19,598 bases of DNA, taken from NCBI GenBank assembly GCA_002506875.1, contig DAYJ01000003.1, positions 1 to 19,598 of the forward strand. Direction: 5' to 3'. Below are positions 7,144-15,830 of the stretch, in pieces; the stretch's first letter is position 1; every line of letters begins with the position of its first letter. The notes beneath the pieces were generated by a model that saw nothing but the letters and a program-made list of their open reading frames with translations, had not been told where the DNA came from and made no database searches. A program made the translations under genes and the position numbers. Source of the stretch: Euryarchaeota archaeon UBA40. Lineage in GTDB: Archaea > Thermoplasmatota > Poseidoniia > Poseidoniales > Thalassarchaeaceae.

Positions 7144-7185
7144 GCCGCAAGACCGTGAGGTCTATCCATAAGGAGTTGAACAGAG

Positions 7186-8001
7186 ATGGTTGACAGTCAG
7201 GAAGGTCGCATGGCTGATCGTTTAGATCAGGCGTCCAAAGTGACGGTTGACCAGATTGACATCCCACCTGAATACCGTCCAACCGATTTAGAAGCCTGGT
7301 TGTTCACCCCCGGGGCTACTCGAGTCGGATTCATTGGTACGGGTTCAGGAGATGGTGTTGCAACTGCAAGCGCTCCTGCGGAAACTGCTGTATCCAGCGG
7401 TCCGCCGCCAGCAGAACTCCTCAAGTTGCTCGCCGATCGGTTTGAGCGTTTGGAAGCCTCTATTGGCCATATGGAGACGAACCTAACTATCGCTCAGAAT
7501 TCGACTCCAAGAGTGGAATCAGCAGGGGATGTGATGCATAAGATTGGAGCGGATGGCGAAGTTATTGCCGTCAATTTGGGAGATTCTGATTCAGATGATC
7601 TAATCGGCGTCGATGCAACTCATGCTGGGCCAGGATTGTTGGATTTGTATGAGGCCCAATCTCTCGAACTGAATCCGTTCCTTCGTTCCAAGGATGGTGG
7701 GATTTCCGGACCTGGAGTCGATCCTGCGAAGATTGTTGCTCTAATCCTCGATCATTTGTCGGGTGTAGATGCAAAGTCCTTCATCGCCGCAGCAACGAAA
7801 TCTGGTTTCTTGTCTGCTGATGAAGCGAGAACTCTTGGTGGAATTGCATCTCTTGCCGAGGAAGGTCAATCCAAGGGTGGTAACCCTACCTTGCCAAATC
7901 GCCCATTGCTAACCTTTGTCGCGATGGTTGAATCGTGGCGCTCTCAATCCAATGTAAAGTCATCAAAGCGATCCTCCTCTGCCTCTGGTGAGGGGGAATG
8001 A
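7186..8001 (+). CDS. Putative divergent ArlC/ArlD-like archaellum accessory protein (271 aa, acidic, cytosolic)
   Basis: It occupies the arlC/D/E slot between arlB and arlF. AAGGAG lies about 10 nt upstream of the ATG. A short coiled-coil (ELLKLLADRFERLEASIGHMETNL) and the segment LLDLYEAQSLELNPFL resemble my memory of the FlaC-type ...LYE-x-[vs]-x3-NPF signature. The C-terminal LPNRPLLTFVAMVESW resembles only the beginning of the FlaD/E domain, and the protein ends soon after it. This is motif-level evidence and needs an HMM check. Confidence 0.45.
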   Translation: MVDSQEGRMADRLDQASKVTVDQIDIPPEYRPTDLEAWLFTPGATRVGFIGTGSGDGVATASAPAETAVSSGPPPAELLKLLADRFERLEASIGHMETNLTIAQNSTPRVESAGDVMHKIGADGEVIAVNLGDSDSDDLIGVDATHAGPGLLDLYEAQSLELNPFLRSKDGGISGPGVDPAKIVALILDHLSGVDAKSFIAAATKSGFLSADEARTLGGIASLAEEGQSKGGNPTLPNRPLLTFVAMVESWRSQSNVKSSKRSSSASGEGE

Positions 8002-8004
8002 GAT

Positions 8005-8400
8005 GTGGGTGGTTCAAGCAGCGTTGGTGCGCTGATTGTTGGCACGGTATTCTTGAGTATCTTCGCCCATGCAATGGTTCTAGCTATTGGGAATATGGAA
8101 CGAATGTCGTCAATCGAGGACCGCGAAGATCCTGACATCAAGGTCCAGATTGTGAATGCAACTTTTACTTCCGGAACACTCTACGTAAATATCACCAATG
8201 CTGGAACAGATTCGGTACCATTGGACGAGATATTCTTATCATACGAGGGGGGGACGCCTCGTAATTTCTCTAATTTTTACACCGGTAGCGATTATCTCTT
8301 TCCAGGGGAGACTGTAATGGGTAGCACATCAGTATCTGGGACACCCACACGGGCTTATGTGGCATCCTATGGCGTAGGTTTCGGAGCAACCATCCAGTGA
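8005..8400 (+). CDS. arlF: Archaellum protein ArlF (FlaF)-like: N-terminal TM helix plus beta-sandwich
   Basis: A GTG start at 8005 has GGTGA at 7988-7992 upstream. The protein is 131 aa with an N-terminal hydrophobic helix (VGALIVGTVFLSIFAHAMVLAI) followed by beta-rich sequence (KVQIVNATFTSGTLYVNITNAGTDSVPLDEIFL). Its position is immediately before arlG. Size and architecture are typical of FlaF. The F versus G assignment rests on gene order and N-terminal pattern. Confidence 0.7.
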   Translation: MGGSSSVGALIVGTVFLSIFAHAMVLAIGNMERMSSIEDREDPDIKVQIVNATFTSGTLYVNITNAGTDSVPLDEIFLSYEGGTPRNFSNFYTGSDYLFPGETVMGSTSVSGTPTRAYVASYGVGFGATIQ

Positions 8401-8409
8401 GGTGAAATA

Positions 8410-8880
8410 ATGGCAGATGGAGGCGTTTCTGAGATGATCATGTTGGTTACTAGTCTTCTTGTCGCCGGCATCGTTTCAGGTGTCCTCGTAGGTTCTTATG
8501 CGAATATAGTAGATGGCATGGAAGGAACAGCATCTCAATCAGAGGTTGATTCAAAGACCAGTGCTGGACTTGTATCTGACCCTATGAATATTGATTGGAA
8601 TTCGGTGACCAATCAGACTACTGTTAGTATCCAGAATACAGGGACATTGTCTCTAGACATCGATGAGACGTCCATGATGCTCAATGGTTCAACAATGAAT
8701 GTTACGAAATCCGGTGGCCCGACAAATTGGCTTGCTGGAACTGTAATCAGTTTCACTGTATCTGGAAATGTAACCTTCTCTAGCAACCAAGAGGTGCCCC
8801 TCAATGTGATTGTTCTGACTGAAACAAAGTCCCCCGCCACAGGTGCTCATTCATTCACGGAGGTCGTTCGGATTGTCTGA
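8410..8880 (+). CDS. arlG: Archaellum protein ArlG (FlaG)-like
   Basis: GAGGTGA at 8399-8405 precedes the ATG at 8410. The N-terminus MADGGVSEMIMLVTSLLVAGIVSGVL fits the FlaG pattern (S-E-x-I-x-[FL]-[IV]...A...V-x-G-V-L). It is followed by a beta-sandwich-like region (TTVSIQNTGTLSLDIDETSMMLNG). The protein is 156 aa. Confidence 0.75.
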   Translation: MADGGVSEMIMLVTSLLVAGIVSGVLVGSYANIVDGMEGTASQSEVDSKTSAGLVSDPMNIDWNSVTNQTTVSIQNTGTLSLDIDETSMMLNGSTMNVTKSGGPTNWLAGTVISFTVSGNVTFSSNQEVPLNVIVLTETKSPATGAHSFTEVVRIV

Positions 8881-9562
8881 GGATGCCTTCCCGTTCGGTC
8901 TGGAACAGGACAGTCTAGCGAATAGCCTAGGTGCAGCGATTCCGAATCGTTCTCTCATGATTGTTGAAGGTGAAGTTGGTGAAGGTAAGAGTCTCATTGG
9001 CCAGCGCCTTGCATACGGGCTTGTTCAGAATGGGACCAAGGTTGCATACGTGACAACAGAACTTACCACTCGAGGCTGGCTTGAGCAAGTTGATTCCATC
9101 GGCTATGGCATGACCTCAGCTATTGATGATGGGCGTTTTCTTCTCATGTCGAGTTATGGTGTTTTAACCGAGCAGGTAGAGGAGGAAGTGACTCTCTTTG
9201 ACTTACTCCGAAATGACGGACTTAAGGCTGCAGATTTCATCATTATTGATCGTGCATCTCAACTCCTCCCAGAAGGCGTTGATCCCAAACATCTTCTCAC
9301 AGAGATTCGTCGATTCACATCTGATGGGCGTACTCTAATGCTCGCTATGGATCCTCATGAAGTCCCGGAAGTTATTTTCCGTGAGATGAAGGGGGCCGCT
9401 GAGGTCGTTATTGGCCTGATGTCCCTGACTCAGGGGGGTCAGTTGAAGCGTACTCTGGCAGTTACCCGTTTCCTTCGAGCCTCTGGACCGGTTCAAGCCA
9501 GAATCGGTTGGCGTGTCGAGCCGAGTATGGGCTTCATCGTCGATATCACGGCGGTCAGTTGA
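8843..9562 (+). CDS. arlH: Archaellum ATP-binding protein ArlH (FlaH), RecA/KaiC-like
   Basis: Walker A is GEVGEGKS within LMIVEGEVGEGKSLIGQRLAYGL, and a Walker B-like FIIIDRAS is present. Size and position between arlG and arlI fit FlaH. The track start is the GTG at 8843, which overlaps arlG by 38 nt. An in-frame TTG at 8873 with GGAGGT at 8857-8862 upstream is an equally plausible start. Confidence 0.85.
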   Translation: MLIHSRRSFGLSEDAFPFGLEQDSLANSLGAAIPNRSLMIVEGEVGEGKSLIGQRLAYGLVQNGTKVAYVTTELTTRGWLEQVDSIGYGMTSAIDDGRFLLMSSYGVLTEQVEEEVTLFDLLRNDGLKAADFIIIDRASQLLPEGVDPKHLLTEIRRFTSDGRTLMLAMDPHEVPEVIFREMKGAAEVVIGLMSLTQGGQLKRTLAVTRFLRASGPVQARIGWRVEPSMGFIVDITAVS

Positions 9563-9573
9563 GGTGATTTGGG

Positions 9574-11295
9574 ATGGCAGACGAAGATAATCCTGAGTTC
9601 CAAAAGGGCGATTTAGAATCAGTAATGGCGCGGCACGATCACGTCAAGAGATGGGTTGAGGATTTTGAGGCTCAGCACGGGTCTCGCCCTTACTTCTACG
9701 GTCCTCTGGACCGTGGTGCTAAGAGTTTAGAACCTAGAAACCTCATCTATACTCTCAAGCCACCTTTGTTCGCTCACATCTACAAGCCTCCTGATGACGA
9801 CGAGCAGGGAGCCGGAACCACGCTATGGTTTGGTATTGAACCGGTGCTGAATGAAGAGGAGGAGGTAATACGTATGGAGATTGTAGAACGTCTACTACGT
9901 GATGCTCCTAGTGCTCCATCTTTCACATCTGATTCTGAGTTCGAGAGTATTCTCGTGGGTATGATCGAAAAGATGACTACTACGAAGTCCGTAGGCATCC
10001 AAGCTGAGGGTTTACTTGGACCAGCACGCGACTATCTTGGTCTTGGTGAGCCTCTAATACAAGTAAAAGAGGAGCAATTAGAGCGATTGAAGTATATCAT
10101 TATCCGCGATCTCGTGAAGTCCGGGCCGTTGGAAGCTCTTCTTTCTGATGAACAACTGGAAGACATCCACTCGGTTGGTTTACGCTACGTCAACATGGAT
10201 CACAAGGTGTTCGGTATGGTTACCTCCAACATCCGCTTCCGGGATCGAGAAGTGCTGACTCGCTATCTTCGTTCAATGTCCGAACGTATTGGCCGCCCGG
10301 TATCAGATAGTAAACCGATTATTGATGGTGCACTTCTCGATGGTTCTCGAATAAATATCATCTTCAGTGACGATGTATCGATGCTTGGACCATCGTTTAC
10401 GATTCGTAAGTTCGCTGAGGAAACCATCTCGTTCACTCAACTTATCCAATGGGGTACGATGTCGGCCCAGATTGCTGCATACATTTGGCTATGTCTTGAG
10501 AATGGTATGTCACTTCTCGTGTCAGGTGAAACGGCGTCAGGAAAGACAACAACGCTCAACGCGATTCTTCCTTTCATTGACCATAATGTCAAGATTTACT
10601 CTGCAGAGGATACTCCTGAAGTGAAGGTTCGCCATCGTCTTTGGCAACGTCTCGTTACTCGCGATTCGAAGAACGAGGATTCTCGCGTCGAAATGTTCGA
10701 TCTTCTGAAGGCGGCTCTCCGTTCTCGGCCTCGCTACATCATTATCGGTGAGATTCGTGGAGTTGAAGGGGCTACAGCCTTCCAAGCAATGCAGACTGGT
10801 CACCCAGTGATTGCAACTTTCCACGCATCTTCTATTGTCAAGATGATTCAGAGATTTACGGGAGATCCGATTAATGTCCCCGCCCGTTTCTTCGACAACC
10901 TGAATTTCGCTATATTCCAAGAGGTAGTTGAAGCCCCAGGTGGTGGAATCGCACGACGTGTAACTGGGATTGACGAGGTTATCGGATACAACAAGTTCGC
11001 AGACGGTATCCTTACTCGAGGTATGTTCGAGTGGGATCCTGTATCCGACAAGCACTACTTCCGAGGTATGTTCCAATCTCATCTGATGGAGAATAAGATG
11101 GCGCCAATGATGGGTTTCGCTAACAAGCGCGAAATCTATGATGAAATGGAGCGACGGACGGAAGCGATTCAGAGGATGGTTGACCGCGATCTTACTCATT
11201 ACGACGATGTCTTCGATTTGCTGGATGTATACTATCAGCAGGGCTGGGAGCAGTTCTCCGCTGCTATCGACACCTGGGTAGGAATCAACCATTGA
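9574..11295 (+). CDS. arlI: Archaellum motor ATPase ArlI (FlaI), type II/IV secretion ATPase superfamily
   Basis: GAGGTGAT at 9561-9568 precedes the ATG. Motifs present are Walker A GETASGKTT, an Asp box IYSAEDTPE, Walker B RPRYIIIGEIRG and a His box GHPVIATFHA. The 573-aa length is typical of FlaI. Confidence 0.95.
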   Translation: MADEDNPEFQKGDLESVMARHDHVKRWVEDFEAQHGSRPYFYGPLDRGAKSLEPRNLIYTLKPPLFAHIYKPPDDDEQGAGTTLWFGIEPVLNEEEEVIRMEIVERLLRDAPSAPSFTSDSEFESILVGMIEKMTTTKSVGIQAEGLLGPARDYLGLGEPLIQVKEEQLERLKYIIIRDLVKSGPLEALLSDEQLEDIHSVGLRYVNMDHKVFGMVTSNIRFRDREVLTRYLRSMSERIGRPVSDSKPIIDGALLDGSRINIIFSDDVSMLGPSFTIRKFAEETISFTQLIQWGTMSAQIAAYIWLCLENGMSLLVSGETASGKTTTLNAILPFIDHNVKIYSAEDTPEVKVRHRLWQRLVTRDSKNEDSRVEMFDLLKAALRSRPRYIIIGEIRGVEGATAFQAMQTGHPVIATFHASSIVKMIQRFTGDPINVPARFFDNLNFAIFQEVVEAPGGGIARRVTGIDEVIGYNKFADGILTRGMFEWDPVSDKHYFRGMFQSHLMENKMAPMMGFANKREIYDEMERRTEAIQRMVDRDLTHYDDVFDLLDVYYQQGWEQFSAAIDTWVGINH

Positions 11296-11316
11296 GTAGG
11301 ATTCGGGGGGCAGCAA

Positions 11317-13119
11317 ATGGAACGCCTCCCAACTTGGCAGATTTCCATCCGGCGTCTCGGTATGCCGGTCGCCTCCTACGCCATCCAAGTAGTTCTACCT
11401 GCAACTGTGTTTGGCCTCATCTTAGGGGCTGTCATCTTCTTCTTCGCCTCTTCTTTGTTTACAGGGGCTTCAGGGATCCTGCTTGCGTTGCTCTTCCCTC
11501 TACTTAGTGGGGGGGTGGCAGTGGTATGGCCTCTGATTCAGACTCAACGTACAGCGATTGCAATCGAGCGTGAGATGCACATGTTCATCACGCGGATGGG
11601 AATACTTTCCTTGGGCGATGCTGGTGCGCAGTCCATGTTCGATATTCTGAAACAGATGGGGGACTATGGTGCTCTTGCAGAAGAGGTACAGGCAATTGAG
11701 ACGTTAGTTGAACGATGGCATACTAATCTCCCGGAAGCGGCTCGAATTGTTGGTCGGCAGAGTCCTTCGCCTATTTGGGGGGATTTCCTTGACAGGATGG
11801 CATTCTCTGTCGAAGCAGGTCAACCCCTCGAGGAATTTATGCGTTCAGAGCAAGACACCTTCCAAGAGGAGTTTAACACGCTGTATGATACCCGCCTCGA
11901 AGCTGTGGATACACTCCGTGAAATTTACATTTCAATCACTACGACTGGCATGTTCCTTCTTGTTGTAGCAGGGATTCATCTCGTGTTATTCATGACAGGG
12001 TCATTAGACGATGACCCTTGGACAGTACTTGTTCGTATTCGCTGGATCCTTCTCGCTGCACTCATCTACAGTTTACTCCAATTGTTTGGCCTGGTTTTCT
12101 TCATTGTTCTCATCCCAGACGATGATTTGTTCGCGAGGAATAATGTAGCAACTCCTTACATAATTCGTATGCGACGTACGTGGGCTTTGGCTACAATAAT
12201 TGGACTAGGAATCATCCTTTCCATTTTCACTGCCGGTTTCGTGGTAGATTACACCTTTATCGCTGATAATTGGGACCGCTACGGCCTGCTATCTATCGCA
12301 GTAATTGTGACTCCGTTTGCTTTCCCTGCCTATCTAGTCAGTCGAGAAGAGAAGTCGGTCCGGCGGCGTGACGAGTCATACCCTGGATTCATCCGCGCTC
12401 TTGGCGGAACGGCTCAGGCTCGCGCAGCTGAACCGAGCGCTACGGTTCGTGCATTGAAAGACATCGACTTCGGCGCGCTAAATGCCTCAATCGACATGCT
12501 GGAGAGGCGTCTATCAATGCGAATCAATAGTGATAATTCTTGGACATGGTTTGCTGCAGATACAAACTCGATGATGGTTTCACGTTTCATTCGAATCTAT
12601 CTTGAAGGTGCTCAAACGAGTGGAGAACCTGCAGGTGTAGCGGAACTTGTATCCAAGAATACGACGAATCTTTTGTCACTTAGGCGACGTCGGGCCTTAT
12701 CCTCGGGAACGATGCAGGGTGTTGCGTTTGGTGTACTTATTGCAATGATCACAAGTTTGAACATCACAATTTCCATCGTTCAAGGTCTAGGTTCATCCAT
12801 TAGCGGTGTTGCACAAGGTCTCGTTGGGACCGATGCATCTGCCATCCCTGCTATGGCAGGTGGATTCGGACTTCCAGTCCTCGACGACAGCACAGTTGTT
12901 GAGCAGAATATATTCCTGTTCAAAGTCCTCGTCTCTATACTCGTGATATTCATGATTATGGTTCTCGGTCTTATTTCAGCTAGGATTCGAGGAGGTGGTA
13001 TCGCATTATCAGTTGGTCAAATGATTACGATGCTTTGGGTTGCTGGTTTAACCAGTTTGTTGACCGCAGTCCTACTCGATGCGTCCATCGGTTTGTTCAT
13101 CTCTAATGCTGCGAACTGA
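11317..13119 (+). CDS. arlJ: Archaellum polytopic membrane platform protein ArlJ (FlaJ), TadB/C (T2SS-F)-like
   Basis: This 600-aa protein has many hydrophobic helices separated by two soluble helical regions (MFITRMGILSL...MFDILKQMGDYG and YPGFIRALGGTAQ...). Its position directly after arlI and its size and architecture are typical of FlaJ. Confidence 0.85.
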   Translation: MERLPTWQISIRRLGMPVASYAIQVVLPATVFGLILGAVIFFFASSLFTGASGILLALLFPLLSGGVAVVWPLIQTQRTAIAIEREMHMFITRMGILSLGDAGAQSMFDILKQMGDYGALAEEVQAIETLVERWHTNLPEAARIVGRQSPSPIWGDFLDRMAFSVEAGQPLEEFMRSEQDTFQEEFNTLYDTRLEAVDTLREIYISITTTGMFLLVVAGIHLVLFMTGSLDDDPWTVLVRIRWILLAALIYSLLQLFGLVFFIVLIPDDDLFARNNVATPYIIRMRRTWALATIIGLGIILSIFTAGFVVDYTFIADNWDRYGLLSIAVIVTPFAFPAYLVSREEKSVRRRDESYPGFIRALGGTAQARAAEPSATVRALKDIDFGALNASIDMLERRLSMRINSDNSWTWFAADTNSMMVSRFIRIYLEGAQTSGEPAGVAELVSKNTTNLLSLRRRRALSSGTMQGVAFGVLIAMITSLNITISIVQGLGSSISGVAQGLVGTDASAIPAMAGGFGLPVLDDSTVVEQNIFLFKVLVSILVIFMIMVLGLISARIRGGGIALSVGQMITMLWVAGLTSLLTAVLLDASIGLFISNAAN

Positions 13120-13767
13120 TTAGCGACGCCGTTCTTCAGCAATTCGCTTTTTCGTTGCCGCCCATGAACAGATTGGGCATTGTGTCAGGTCATGATTACG
13201 GGCAGGACAGTACTCACGTCCAAAGAAGATGATCTGAAGGTGACGAGAGTTCCATGTCTCTCTCATGAAGACAGCTTTCAGATCACGCTCCGTGCGTTCC
13301 ACGGTGCTGCCATTGCTCAAACCCCACCTTGCGGCAAGTCGATGGATGTGTGTATCAACCGGAAAGGCAGGAATGCCGAATGCCTGTGCCATGACGACAC
13401 TCGCTGTCTTGTGGCCTACTCCTGCAAGTGATTCCAAGAATTCCCATTCAGGGATGATGCCATGGCCTGAATTGATAATTTGTTCAGCCATTCGCCGTAG
13501 ATTTTTCGCTTTGGTAGGAGCTAGTCCAATTTCACGTATGATTTCTTGAATCTCCACGACATCTAGTTTAGCCATTTTTTCGGGTGTCGAAGCAGCAGAA
13601 AATAGAGCAGGTGTTACTTCGTTGACTTTCTTGTCTGTTGTTTGAGCTGAGAGCATAACAGCGACCAGTAGCGTGTATGGATCGGAGTGATCCAGTGGGA
13701 CTGGAGTTTCAGGATAGAGTTCGTCCAGCATCTGCCCGATGCGTTCCGCTTTCTCTATTCGTTTCAT
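13120..13767 (-). CDS. nth: Endonuclease III (HhH-GPD DNA glycosylase/AP lyase)
   Basis: Conserved features are DPYTLLVAVMLSAQTTDKKVN, the helix-hairpin-helix LAGVGHKTASVVM with the catalytic Lys, the catalytic Asp in FPVDTHIHR, and a C-terminal Cys cluster CPARNHDLTQCPIC. The start ATG at 13767 overlaps the polX stop (ATGA on the minus strand). Confidence 0.93.
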   Translation of the reverse strand: MKRIEKAERIGQMLDELYPETPVPLDHSDPYTLLVAVMLSAQTTDKKVNEVTPALFSAASTPEKMAKLDVVEIQEIIREIGLAPTKAKNLRRMAEQIINSGHGIIPEWEFLESLAGVGHKTASVVMAQAFGIPAFPVDTHIHRLAARWGLSNGSTVERTERDLKAVFMRETWNSRHLQIIFFGREYCPARNHDLTQCPICSWAATKKRIAEERRR

Positions 13768-15725
13768 GATCGCCCCTCAATCATCCGTTGCTCAATTTCT
13801 GCACCGGTCAAGCAGTTGAGAATATCGTTACTCTCAAGCCAACCTTTTCGGGCGATTTGTACACCAAACCACACATCACTGAGCCCCTGTGGAGCATGGG
13901 CATCTGGATTGATTACAATTGGCACACCCTGCGTTTTTGCATATTTACAGAGCCTCCAATCGAGATCCAATCTGTATGGGCTCGCATTAATCTCACAGGC
14001 TTTGAGGGCCCCTTCTTGATTCAGTTCACCCATGCGCCTAAGGACTGCATGCATGTCTACTGGAAATCCATCTCTTCCTCCAATGATACGGCCAGTTGGA
14101 TGCCCTAGTATAGTGAAGGTAGGATCCTCAATTGCACGAATCAGCATCTCTGTATTTTCTATCTCGTCTCGATTTCTCCAAGAACCGAGAGCATGAACGC
14201 TACCCACAACGTGGGAGAGATTTCTACGAACATTTTCCGGGTAGTCTAGCTTCCCATCTGCGAGAATGTCGCATTCGGATCCATGTAGCAATCGAAAATC
14301 GACTCCTGAATCGACCCATTTTTCGTTAAGTACACGTATTTCTTCTCCCTGTTCAGCGACTTCCTCATTTGGAATGCCTATACTCCTCCCTCCGATATTC
14401 AGTGCCTCGGAATGGTCTGCTATGCCGAGGAATTGCCAGTTAAGATTCATTGCAGCCTCTGCCATTTCCTCAAGAGTTGCAGTTCCATCAGAGGCCGTGG
14501 TGTGGTTATGTAGCGCTCCATTCACTTGTGCTGGTTCAATTAAGTCAGGGAGATTGTCCGACATTGCGGCTTCAATCTCACCAGTGTCTTCTCTCAATTC
14601 AGGTGGCACCCATTTCATCCCGAGGTGGGTGTAAATGTCCGATTCCTCAGAGGCGGGTAATCCGTGCTCCTTTGCTGCTTCGTAGCCCTTGGAATCACCA
14701 GCCGCATCTACAGGAAATAACCCAAACTCATTCAATCGGAGTCCAAGGTCTAGGGCCCGTTGCCGCATTCGGACATTGTGCTCCTTGCTTCCTGTGAAGT
14801 ATGCCATGGTGTATGCAAAGACGTGTGGAGGGACAAGACGAACTTGAGCGTCAATTGTTGAATTAGCTTCCAATTCCTCCCAAGCATCTCCACCAAGGGC
14901 GCTGAGAACGGACCCATCGAGTGTTGTGGAGGGGGCGTGGTGATCGAATAAGGTGGATTCAAGAATCAGGCTGACTTTTGAATCACCTGCGCCCTTAACC
15001 TCAGCAACTCCTGGGATGGATATCAGGGCCTCCATTACATCCTGCGCATCCTCAAGATTGACTGCAGCGACAACATCAAGATCACCGATTGATTCCTTAC
15101 GTCGACGAGCAGATCCTGCAAGTTGTGCTCTTTGGACTCCTGAAATTGTTGCAACTCGAGATTCAAATGCCTCTCCATACATCAGGCCAATATCCAGTCG
15201 CCTTCGTCCGGTGAATCGTGCTAGGAGATTGATGCCTTCGATGATTTTCTCTTCCATCTTCTTGCCCATTCTGGGAAGTGATGCTAGCGCCCCTTCCTCA
15301 GCTGCTGATTGAAGTTCTGCGACGCTTTCAATTCCGAGTTCGTCGTAAAATTGCTTTATTCTCTTTGGGCCTAGTCCTGGAACGCCGAGCATTTCGATAA
15401 GCCCCCTTGGGACACGTTCGTACAGCGATTCAAGATCGCCCCAAGTACCTTCACTCAGGGCTTCGGAAATTAGTCCAGCAATTCCCTTGCCTACTCCCTT
15501 GATGTCGGTCAATGTCCCGGCTTCAATCTCGCTCCATAGGTCACTTTCATGACCGGATAGAGTACGAGCTGCGTTTTCATAGGCTCGAATCCGGAAAGGG
15601 TTCGCACCTACAAGTTGGAGAAGTATCCCTACTTGTTCAAGGACTGAGATAACCTGGCTTTTCGAGAAAAGAGGAGGTTCTTCTCTCCGAGTACGCGGGA
15701 GGCTCCACCCGTGGATCATCGCCAT
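13764..15725 (-). CDS. polX: Family X DNA polymerase with C-terminal PHP (polymerase/histidinol phosphatase) domain
   Basis: The N-terminal region has NPFRIRAYENAARTL and HhH motifs (IKGVGKGIA, VPGLGPKRIKQF). The nucleotidyltransferase signature is GSARRRKESIGDLDVV plus IDAQVRLV and YFTGSKEHNVRMRQRA. PHP motifs are HNHTTASDG, GIADHS, GSECDI, GSVHA, LGHPTGR and INPDAH. An alternative start lies two codons downstream (ATG at 15719). Confidence 0.95.
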   Translation of the reverse strand: MAMIHGWSLPRTRREEPPLFSKSQVISVLEQVGILLQLVGANPFRIRAYENAARTLSGHESDLWSEIEAGTLTDIKGVGKGIAGLISEALSEGTWGDLESLYERVPRGLIEMLGVPGLGPKRIKQFYDELGIESVAELQSAAEEGALASLPRMGKKMEEKIIEGINLLARFTGRRRLDIGLMYGEAFESRVATISGVQRAQLAGSARRRKESIGDLDVVAAVNLEDAQDVMEALISIPGVAEVKGAGDSKVSLILESTLFDHHAPSTTLDGSVLSALGGDAWEELEANSTIDAQVRLVPPHVFAYTMAYFTGSKEHNVRMRQRALDLGLRLNEFGLFPVDAAGDSKGYEAAKEHGLPASEESDIYTHLGMKWVPPELREDTGEIEAAMSDNLPDLIEPAQVNGALHNHTTASDGTATLEEMAEAAMNLNWQFLGIADHSEALNIGGRSIGIPNEEVAEQGEEIRVLNEKWVDSGVDFRLLHGSECDILADGKLDYPENVRRNLSHVVGSVHALGSWRNRDEIENTEMLIRAIEDPTFTILGHPTGRIIGGRDGFPVDMHAVLRRMGELNQEGALKACEINASPYRLDLDWRLCKYAKTQGVPIVINPDAHAPQGLSDVWFGVQIARKGWLESNDILNCLTGAEIEQRMIEGRS

Positions 15726-15775
15726 GCAGGAGACATTTTGCCGACGGGTCTTGAAGCATCGTTTAGATGAGGGTT

Positions 15776-15822
15776 GAGGGGGGGATGGGCAACATGGGAC
15801 CCACCCCCCTCCTCGTGGGGGT
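15776..15822 (-). promoter_or_regulatory. G-run / C-run / G-run element able to form two mutually exclusive GC hairpins in the rhodopsin-polX spacer
   Basis: In plus-strand coordinates, GAGGGGGG (15776-15783) is complementary to CCCCCCTC (15804-15811), with an inner TGGG/CCCA pairing at 15786-89/15800-03. Alternatively, ACCCCC (15803-15808) is complementary to GGGGGT (15817-15822). The central C-run is shared, so only one structure can form at a time. The element would be transcribed on the minus strand between the two genes. Confidence 0.3.
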
Positions 15823-15830
15823 CATTTCAG

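Noticed and set aside
10537-11388. A 283-aa minus-strand ORF, the longest antisense ORF in the window
   Set aside because: It lies entirely antisense to arlI and the start of arlJ, whose plus-strand frames carry unambiguous Walker A/B, Asp-box and His-box motifs. Its translation is low-information and has no recognisable motif. Long antisense ORFs are common opposite real genes.
13180-15312. Series of plus-strand ORFs (83-122 aa) within 13180-15312
   Set aside because: All lie antisense to nth and polX, whose minus-strand translations carry complete family signatures. The plus-strand peptides are Ser/Arg/Cys-rich and look like noise.
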